Shown here one piece after another: positions 56,477 through 64,000 of a DNA stretch of 64,000 nt. The position numbers and the translations under genes are program-made. Under the pieces are notes generated by a model, which was not told the DNA's origin, ran no database searches, and saw only the letters and a list, made by a program, of their open reading frames with translations. Within the stretch, counting starts at the first letter, position 1. Each line of letters starts with the position of its first letter. Source of the stretch: a virus; the IMG/VR virus record IMGVR_UViG_3300032322_001315, positions 26,510-90,509 of that record. The stretch is one strand, 5' to 3'.

Positions 56477-58570
56477 AATTAGAACTTATTAAAAAATGGA
56501 GACATACAAACAGATTGATTAAACGGTATTGCTGGGAGAGTTGATATTTTTTGACCTACTGGGGCAGTTTGCATCATAAAATGTATGTCTCCATTTGGTG
56601 CTAGAACACCGCCTCTATATGCTTGAGTTGATGTATAAACCAGACTATATGTTGATACCACTCCTGAAGCAGATATCTTTTGTCCTACAGTAGCAGCCCC
56701 CGGCACAAAATGTATGTCTCCATTTGGTGCTAGAACCCCGCCTCTATATGCAATAGTTGTTGTATATACAAGACTATATGTGCTTACGACACCTGATGGT
56801 GATATTTTTTGTCCTACAGTAGCAGATGCCGGTATAAAATGAATATCACCATTAGGTGCCAGTACTCCGCCAAAATATGCACCAGTTGTTGTATAAACTA
56901 GACTATATGTTGATACTACTCCAGCAGCAGATATCTTTTGTACTACGGGGGCATCTTGAGGCACAAAATGAATATCACCATTTGGTGCCAATACTCCACC
57001 AAAATATGAACCAGCAGTATAAACCAAACTATATGTTGATACCACTCCTGAAGCAGATATCTTTTGTCCTACAGTAGCAGAGGCCGGTATAAAATGAATA
57101 TCACCATTTGGTGCTAAAACACCTCCTAGATATGCACCAGTTGTAGTATAGACCAGACTATATGTAGATACTACACCAGCAGCAGATATCTTTTGACCTA
57201 CTATTGCAGTTTGTGGTACAAAATGTATGTCTCCATTTGGTGCTAGAACCCCGCCTCTATATGCAGTAGTTGCTGTATATACAAGACTATATGTTGAAAC
57301 TACACCAGCAGCAGATATCTTTTGCCCTACAGCAGCAGATGCCGGTATAAAATGAATATCACCATTTGGTGCCAGTACTCCGCCAAAATATGCAGTAGTT
57401 GTTGTATATACAAGACTATATGTACTGACTATTCCGTTATTAAAAGTTTGTCCTGCAGCAACACTTTTATCAATCAAACCTTTCATACCAAAGAACCATG
57501 AATATGCAGTATTTGCAGTATCCATAGAACTATTATCAGCAGTAATAAGATTACCCCAAGCTCTTGTTTGAGTTTCCGTTATCCAGGTTGGGGAAATATT
57601 GTTTATTGGCATAATTATAATTTATTAAAATATGATGAACAACAAGTTCCAATTTCAAAAGGAATCGCTGAATTAGTATGTATTATTTGACCCCTGTTTG
57701 CATTGTGTGGTATAAAATGAATATCACCATTTGGTGCTAAAACGCCGCCAGCATAAGCACTGGTGGTCGTATAAACTAGACTGTATGTTGATACCACTCC
57801 AGAAGCAGATATCTTTTGTCCTCTAATGACAACAAACGGAATAAAATGTATATCACCATTAGGAGATAATACACCACCAACATAAGCACTGGTGGTCGTA
57901 TAAACCAAACTATATGTTGATACCACTCCAGAAGCAGATATCTTTTGTCCTCTGTTTGCAACATATGGTATAAAATGAATATCACCATTAGGAGATAATA
58001 CACCACCAATATATGCACCGGTGGTCGTATAAACCAAACTATATGTTGATACAACACCAGTAGCAGATATTTTTTGTCCTACAGTAGCAGATGCCGGTAT
58101 AAAATGAATATCACCATTAGGAGATAATACACCACCGGCATATGCAGCAGTTGTTGTATAAACCAAACTATATGTTGATACAACACCAGTAGCAGATATT
58201 TTTTGTCCTACAGTAGCAGATGCCGGTATAAAATGAATATCACCATTAGGAGATAATACACCACCAATATAAGCTCCGGTGGCCGTATAAACCAAACTAT
58301 ATGTTGATACAACACCAGTAGCAGATATCTTTTGTCCTCTGTTTGCACTATATGGTATAAAGTGAATATCACCATTAGGAGATAATACACCACCGTTATA
58401 AGCACTGGTGGTCGTATAAACCAAACTATATGTTGATACAACACCAGTAGCAGATATCTTTTGTCCTCTGTTTGCACTATATGGTATAAAGTGAATATCA
58501 CCATTAGGTGCCAGTACTCCGCCAAAATATGCACCAGTTGTTGTATAAACTAGACTATATGTTGATACTA
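54760..58570 (-). repeat. three arrays of ~129-bp coding tandem repeats (21 units)
   Basis: Recurrent (a/g)actatatgttgatac / atatcaccatt(a/t)gg units. Confidence 0.9.
56479..57612 (-). CDS. 7-repeat beta-propeller-like virion protein
   Basis: 7 copies of the 43-aa repeat; C-terminal CMSPFFNKF. Confidence 0.75.
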   Translation of the reverse strand: MPINNISPTWITETQTRAWGNLITADNSSMDTANTAYSWFFGMKGLIDKSVAAGQTFNNGIVSTYSLVYTTTTAYFGGVLAPNGDIHFIPASAAVGQKISAAGVVSTYSLVYTATTAYRGGVLAPNGDIHFVPQTAIVGQKISAAGVVSTYSLVYTTTGAYLGGVLAPNGDIHFIPASATVGQKISASGVVSTYSLVYTAGSYFGGVLAPNGDIHFVPQDAPVVQKISAAGVVSTYSLVYTTTGAYFGGVLAPNGDIHFIPASATVGQKISPSGVVSTYSLVYTTTIAYRGGVLAPNGDIHFVPGAATVGQKISASGVVSTYSLVYTSTQAYRGGVLAPNGDIHFMMQTAPVGQKISTLPAIPFNQSVCMSPFFNKF

Positions 58571-58757
58571 CCGTGCTGTCATTGACTGAACTGTATGTTG
58601 TTCCACTTTCTAAACTGCGTTGAAGCACTCTCTGTAATTTATACCATGCAGTCAAGTCTGTGCTTATAGAACTATTATCTGATATGGGTAATGTACCATA
58701 AACTGATTGAGTAACATCACTCTGCCATGATGGTGATATAATCCACGTATTTGCCAT
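57615..58757 (-). CDS. 7-repeat beta-propeller-like virion protein
   Basis: 7 copies of the 43-aa repeat; C-terminal CSSYFNKL. Confidence 0.75.
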   Translation of the reverse strand: MANTWIISPSWQSDVTQSVYGTLPISDNSSISTDLTAWYKLQRVLQRSLESGTTYSSVNDSTVVSTYSLVYTTTGAYFGGVLAPNGDIHFIPYSANRGQKISATGVVSTYSLVYTTTSAYNGGVLSPNGDIHFIPYSANRGQKISATGVVSTYSLVYTATGAYIGGVLSPNGDIHFIPASATVGQKISATGVVSTYSLVYTTTAAYAGGVLSPNGDIHFIPASATVGQKISATGVVSTYSLVYTTTGAYIGGVLSPNGDIHFIPYVANRGQKISASGVVSTYSLVYTTTSAYVGGVLSPNGDIHFIPFVVIRGQKISASGVVSTYSLVYTTTSAYAGGVLAPNGDIHFIPHNANRGQIIHTNSAIPFEIGTCCSSYFNKL

Positions 58758-58760
58758 TAA

Positions 58761-61700
58761 TTAAAATCCAATTACTTGAATATTGTATTGATTCGCTGTA
58801 GGTGCTGTAGCAAATATAATGTTCGCACTATTATTATCTATTTTATCTACATCAGGATAAACAAAATATCCAGATGAATTTTCTATTGTATTAATAATAA
58901 CAAACGTTTTATTTAGATTGTGTGTGACAATAAAAGAAGTATTTGTGGTATCTCCTACATTTGCAGAAAATGTTGATGCTCCACTTCCACTTGCGGATAC
59001 TGTTGTATTAACAACGTTTGTTATTCTGCCGTTAGCTGCTACTGTTATTACTGGAATTGTTGTTGAGTTTCCATAAGTTCCAGCAGATACGGATACGTTA
59101 GTTACATCAGTATTTGCTTGATTATATGCTGCTTGAGCAAAAGTATTGATTGCAGTAATGCTAGTGTTTTGGTTTTGATTTACTGACTGTAATGCAGATA
59201 TATCGCCATTTGCTAACGTACTATATGTTTGTAATGCAATTATGTTTCCATTAGCAAGAGTGGAATAAGTCTGAAGTGCAACAGTATTACCACTAGCATT
59301 GTTTGCTTGGTTGTATGCTGCCTGTGCTAACAATGTAGCGCCACTTCCACTGGCACTATTTGCTTGATTATATGCTGCTTGAGCAAATGTATTAACTGCT
59401 GTTATATTAGTATTTAATGTTGATACTTGTGCTTGTAGTGCGATTATATTACCATTTGCTAATGTTGAATATGTTTGTAATGCAATTATATTTCCATTAG
59501 CAAGAGTGGAATATGTTTGTAGTGCAACAGTATTACCACTAGCATTGTTTGCTTGATTATATCCTGCTTGTGCTAGTGTATTAATTGCTGTTATATTGGT
59601 GTTTTGAGTTTGATTTACTGTTTGAAGTGCGGCTATATTTCCGTTAGCAAGAGTAGAATATGTCTGTAATGCAATTATGTTGCCGTTTGCTAATGTGCTA
59701 TATGTTTGTAGTGCAACAGTATTGCCACTAGCATTGTTTGCTTGATTATATCCTGCTTGTGCTAATGTATTAATTGCTGTTATATTAGTATTCTGTGTTG
59801 TATTAACTGCTTGTAGTGCAACAGTATTACCACTGGCGTTATTGGCAGCAGTATAAGCAGCACTTGCTAATGTAGATGCGCCATTTGCTTGGTTATATGC
59901 ACTATAGGAGAAGGTATTGACTGCTGCAACGTTAGCATTTAATGTTAATACTTGTGACTGAAGTGCTATTATATTGCCGTTTGAACGGGTAGAATATGTT
60001 TGTAAAGCAACAGTATTACCACTAGCATTATTTGCTTGTGCATATGCTGCTATACCGACTGGTTCTGATGTTAGAACTAAAGTGCCACCAGAATAAACAG
60101 CACCAGCATATACGTTACCAACCACACCAACCCCACCTCTCACTTGTAGAGAACCGGTTGTTGTTGACGTACTTGTGTTTGTTGTTTTAATTATAACTGT
60201 ATTTGCTGAAGTGATTCTCATCACTTCATTTTGCGTATTCAGACCACCGGTAGTAAATATAACGTCATTCATCAATCCGGTACCAACAATCATATTACCA
60301 CCACCAGTGGTTGTATTACCAGTAGCAAATAGGTAACCATCATTTTTACCTATCAAACTATATCCTGAATAGTTGTATGTGCTTGACCCCATACCTAGGT
60401 CTACGAAACCATCATTTGGAGTTCCATTATCTGCTGTAATAAACAAATCAGATGACGAGTTTTGACCCGAATTAATGTTCTGCATATTCAAACCAGAATA
60501 ACCATTAAAGTTACTACTGGCTTGGAATACTATTTGTGGTTCTAGCAAATATCCTGTAGGTATACCAGCATACAATGCATTGAATCCATTAGCAGCATAA
60601 CCAAAGAATTGTCCAGTATTTCCTGATATGACGGTTGATGTTGCATTACCTATAAATGAAATATTTCCCGTAACCGTTAGGTCATTTTGGATTGTCACGG
60701 GTCCAGATATTGTTCCGCCAGAAGAATTGAATTTTGTATTTGCTGTATTATATGCTGCTTGAGTAAAGGTATTAACTGCTGTTATATTGGTATTCTGTGT
60801 TGTATTAACTGCTTGAAGAGCAACAGTATTACCACTAGCATTATTTGCTTGAGTATACGCAGCAGATGCCAATGATGATGCACCATTTGCTTGGTTATAA
60901 GCGCTATAGGAGAAGGTATTGACTGCTGCAACATTGGCATTTAATGTTAATACTTGTGACTGAAGTGCTATTATATTGCCGTTTGAACGGGTAGAATATG
61001 TTTGAAGTGCGGCTATGTTACCATTTGCTAATGTTGAATATGTTTGTAAAGCAATTATGTTGCCGTTTGCTAATGTACTGTATGTTTGTAGTGCAACAGT
61101 ATTACCACTAGCATTATTTGCTTGTGTATATGAAGCACTTCCTAGTGATGAGGCACCATTTGCTTGATTATATGCACTATAGGAGAAGGTATTAACAGCG
61201 GCAATATTAGCATTTAAAGTTAATACTTGAGATTGTAAAGCAATTATATTACCATTTGAACGGGTAGAATATGTTTGAAGTGCGGCTATGTTACCATTTG
61301 CTAATGTTGAATATGTTTGTAAAGCAATTATGTTGCCGTTTGCTAATGTACTATATGTTTGCAATGCAACAGTATTACCACTAGCATTATTTGCTTGTGC
61401 ATATGCGGCAGATGCCAATGATGAGGCACCGTTTGCTTGGTTATAAGCACTATAAGAGAAGGTATTAACAGCAGCAACGTTAGCATTCAAGGTTAATACT
61501 TGAGACTGCAATGCTATTATGTTACCATTTGAACGGGTAGAATATGTTTGTAAAGCAACAGTATTACCACTAGCATTATTTGCTTGAGTATAAGCAGCAC
61601 TCGCTAACGATGAAGAACCATTTGCTTGATTGTATGCACTATAAGAAAAGGTATTAACAGCAGCAATGTTAGCGTTCAAGGTTAATACTTGAGACTGCAA

Positions 61701-64000
61701 TGCTATTATGTTACCATTGGATAATGTTGAGTAGTTTTGCAATGCTACCGTATTACCACTAGCATTATTTGCTTGTGCATATGCGGCAGATGCTAATGCA
61801 GATGCGCCGTTTGCTAAGATTCTTGCTGTTGAATCTATCGCCGCACCACCAGCGGCAGTTGTTTGAGTTGTTCCGTCAGCGAATGTAATACCTAATCCAG
61901 AACCTTGTGTTATGGTTATACCACCATAACTAGGTACTGTTAATATACCAGAATCGGTTAGATTAAAAATGTTTGTTGTGTAAGCAGAATTTATAATCTG
62001 AAACTGGCCAGTAGAATCTAATCTAAACCATTTACTTGTATTTGCTGAACCAGAACTTTGATTGTTTGCTTGTAAGAAATCAATATATCCAATGCCACCT
62101 TTAGTATCAGAGCCAGAAACAACTAAAGCTGCATTTTGTGAACCAGCAAAACCAGTATAATTTAATGTAGTTAAACCATTTACAGCAAAAGTATTGTTCG
62201 ATGAATAAAATTGTAGATTACTTACATTACTCAAATATCCCGCTGAGTTTGCAAAGATAACAGAGTTTTCAAGATACCCAGATGATGAACCTCCACCACC
62301 ACTTACTGCTGCTGTGGTGATGCTTGATATTCTACCATTAGATGCAACAGTAATTACAGGAACTAGTGTTGAACTACCATAAGTTCCAGGTGTAGTAGAT
62401 ATGTTTGTTACATCAGTATTTGCTTTGTCAAACGATGCTTGTGTAAATGTATTAACTGCTGTTATATTGCTGTTTGTGGTAGTCATCTGAGACTGAAGAG
62501 CAACAGTATTACCACCAGCATTATTAGCGGCAGTATAAGCAGCAGATGCCAATGATGATGCACCGTTTGCTTGATTATACGCACTATAGGAGAAGGTATT
62601 AACTGCTGCGATATTAGCATTTAAAGTTAATACTTGAGATTGTAAAGCAATTATATTTCCATTAGCAAGAGTAGAATATGTTTGCAATGCGATTATATTG
62701 CCGTTTGCTAATGTGGAATATGTTTGTAGTGCTACGGTATTACCACGAGCATTATTTGCAGCAGCATAAGCAGCACTTGCCAATGCTGATGCACCATTAG
62801 ATGAATTATAAGCACTATAGGAGAAGGTATTAACAGCAGCAACGTTAGCATTTAAAGTTAATACTTGAGACTGAAGTGCAATTATGTTACCGTTTGATAG
62901 TGTGTTATACGTTTGAAGTGCAATTATATTACCGTTAGCAAGAGTAGAATATGTTTGTAATGCAATTATATTACCATTTGCTAATGTGCTGTACGTTTGT
63001 AATGCAACAGTATTTGCTGCTACCGTATTTGCTCTATCAAATGCTGCTTGTGCTACATCAATAACTTTTATACCAGAATCATATATCCCACCAGCATACA
63101 CATTACCAACTACACCAACCCCACCTTTTACTTGCAATGCACCTGTGGTCGTTGATGTGCTTGTGTTTGTTGTTTTAATTATAACTGTATTTGCTGAAGT
63201 GATTCTCATCACTTCATTTTGTGTATTGATGCCACCAGTAGCAAATATAACATCGTTCATTAATCCTGTGGCAACAATCATGTTACCACCACCGGTAATT
63301 GTATTACCAGTAGCAAATAGGTAACCATCATTTTTACCTATCAAACTATATCCTGGATAGTTGTATGTACTTGAACCCATACCCAAATCTACGAAACCAT
63401 CATTTGGAGTTCCGTTATCTGCTGTAACAAATATGTCTGAAGAAGAATTCTGTCCAGAATTAATGTTCTGCATATTCAAACCAGAATAACCATTAAAGTT
63501 ACTGCTAATTTGAAATACAATTTGAGGTTCTAATAGATATCCTGTTGGTATTCCAGCATATAGAGCATTAAATCCATTTGCAGCATAACCAAAGAATTGT
63601 CCAGTATTTCCAGAAACAGTAACAGATGTGACGTTACCTGTAAAGGAAATATTTCCTGTGACAGTTAAGTCGCTTTGGATTGTTACAGGTCCAGATATTG
63701 TTCCACCAGAAGAATTAAATTTTGTATTTGCTGTATCATACGCTGCTTGAGCAAATGTATTAACTGCCGTTATGTTAGTGTTTTGAATATTGTTGACTGT
63801 TTGTAGTGCAACGGTATTGCCACTAGCATTATTTGCTTGATTATAAGCAGCACTTGCTAATGTTGATGCACCATTGGCAGAATTGTATGCACTATAGGAG
63901 AATGTATTAACAGCAGCAACGTTAGCGTTCAAGGTTAATACTTGTGCTTGAAGTGCAATTATATTACCATTAGCAAGAGTGGAGTATGTCTGGAGTGCTA
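58761..64000 (-). CDS. very long repetitive tail fibre; 5' end lies beyond the window
   Basis: Frame stays open to the window edge (..ALQTYSTLANGNIIALQAQVLTLN..); 14-aa NGNIIALQTYSTLA and A..AY..AN repeats; duplicated globular domain. Confidence 0.85.
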   Translation of the reverse strand, partial: ALQTYSTLANGNIIALQAQVLTLNANVAAVNTFSYSAYNSANGASTLASAAYNQANNASGNTVALQTVNNIQNTNITAVNTFAQAAYDTANTKFNSSGGTISGPVTIQSDLTVTGNISFTGNVTSVTVSGNTGQFFGYAANGFNALYAGIPTGYLLEPQIVFQISSNFNGYSGLNMQNINSGQNSSSDIFVTADNGTPNDGFVDLGMGSSTYNYPGYSLIGKNDGYLFATGNTITGGGNMIVATGLMNDVIFATGGINTQNEVMRITSANTVIIKTTNTSTSTTTGALQVKGGVGVVGNVYAGGIYDSGIKVIDVAQAAFDRANTVAANTVALQTYSTLANGNIIALQTYSTLANGNIIALQTYNTLSNGNIIALQSQVLTLNANVAAVNTFSYSAYNSSNGASALASAAYAAANNARGNTVALQTYSTLANGNIIALQTYSTLANGNIIALQSQVLTLNANIAAVNTFSYSAYNQANGASSLASAAYTAANNAGGNTVALQSQMTTTNSNITAVNTFTQASFDKANTDVTNISTTPGTYGSSTLVPVITVASNGRISSITTAAVSGGGGSSSGYLENSVIFANSAGYLSNVSNLQFYSSNNTFAVNGLTTLNYTGFAGSQNAALVVSGSDTKGGIGYIDFLQANNQSSGSANTSKWFRLDSTGQFQIINSAYTTNIFNLTDSGILTVPSYGGITITQGSGLGITFADGTTQTTAAGGAAIDSTARILANGASALASAAYAQANNASGNTVALQNYSTLSNGNIIALQSQVLTLNANIAAVNTFSYSAYNQANGSSSLASAAYTQANNASGNTVALQTYSTRSNGNIIALQSQVLTLNANVAAVNTFSYSAYNQANGASSLASAAYAQANNASGNTVALQTYSTLANGNIIALQTYSTLANGNIAALQTYSTRSNGNIIALQSQVLTLNANIAAVNTFSYSAYNQANGASSLGSASYTQANNASGNTVALQTYSTLANGNIIALQTYSTLANGNIAALQTYSTRSNGNIIALQSQVLTLNANVAAVNTFSYSAYNQANGASSLASAAYTQANNASGNTVALQAVNTTQNTNITAVNTFTQAAYNTANTKFNSSGGTISGPVTIQNDLTVTGNISFIGNATSTVISGNTGQFFGYAANGFNALYAGIPTGYLLEPQIVFQASSNFNGYSGLNMQNINSGQNSSSDLFITADNGTPNDGFVDLGMGSSTYNYSGYSLIGKNDGYLFATGNTTTGGGNMIVGTGLMNDVIFTTGGLNTQNEVMRITSANTVIIKTTNTSTSTTTGSLQVRGGVGVVGNVYAGAVYSGGTLVLTSEPVGIAAYAQANNASGNTVALQTYSTRSNGNIIALQSQVLTLNANVAAVNTFSYSAYNQANGASTLASAAYTAANNASGNTVALQAVNTTQNTNITAINTLAQAGYNQANNASGNTVALQTYSTLANGNIIALQTYSTLANGNIAALQTVNQTQNTNITAINTLAQAGYNQANNASGNTVALQTYSTLANGNIIALQTYSTLANGNIIALQAQVSTLNTNITAVNTFAQAAYNQANSASGSGATLLAQAAYNQANNASGNTVALQTYSTLANGNIIALQTYSTLANGDISALQSVNQNQNTSITAINTFAQAAYNQANTDVTNVSVSAGTYGNSTTIPVITVAANGRITNVVNTTVSASGSGASTFSANVGDTTNTSFIVTHNLNKTFVIINTIENSSGYFVYPDVDKIDNNSANIIFATAPTANQYNIQVIGF

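Noticed and set aside
54760-58570. Regular ~129-bp repeats as a CRISPR array or DGR target
   Set aside because: The repeats are in-frame coding units without unique spacers. No cas or reverse transcriptase gene and no non-coding template repeat are in the window, and the variation is not restricted to adenines.
2772-63324. Numerous short plus-strand and alternate-frame ORFs in the track
   Set aside because: They are shadows of well-supported minus-strand genes, with no recognisable motifs.

Overview
A 64-kb AT-rich segment of a T4-like myovirus genome, almost entirely on the minus strand. The synteny is of the cyanophage/pelagiphage 'Exo-T-even' type: gp13-14-15-16-17-18-19-20-67-68-21-22-23-3-uvsY-uvsW-55-47-46-45-44-62-regA-hsp20 ... 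43-uvsX-41. The rubrerythrin and PqqA sequences point to a proteobacterial host, probably a betaproteobacterium (inference). Accessory content: (i) 1-12 kb, a late-type operon with a nuclease-like gene, an amino-methyltransferase, several glycosyltransferase-like genes, two SDR epimerases and an RfbH-type 3-dehydrase, then a ligase-fold protein and a HIGH-type nucleotidyltransferase; (ii) 17.4-23.8 kb, an auxiliary island with 5 tRNA genes (one an atypical long-variable-arm UAU tRNA), rubrerythrin, a pqqA gene missed by the ORF track, GroES, SpeD, dCMP deaminase, Hsp20 with a ROSE-like leader and an LpxH-like phosphoesterase; (iii) 26.5-31 kb, a methyltransferase/2OG-Fe dioxygenase/glycosyltransferase/DUF3310 cluster inside the replication module; (iv) 53-64 kb, a glycosyltransferase-methyltransferase fusion, three paralogous 7-repeat beta-propeller-like proteins and a very long repetitive tail fibre running off the window. 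Sigma70-type promoters, gp55-type late promoters and tetraloop terminators can be read directly. All family assignments come from motif recognition, not database searches.
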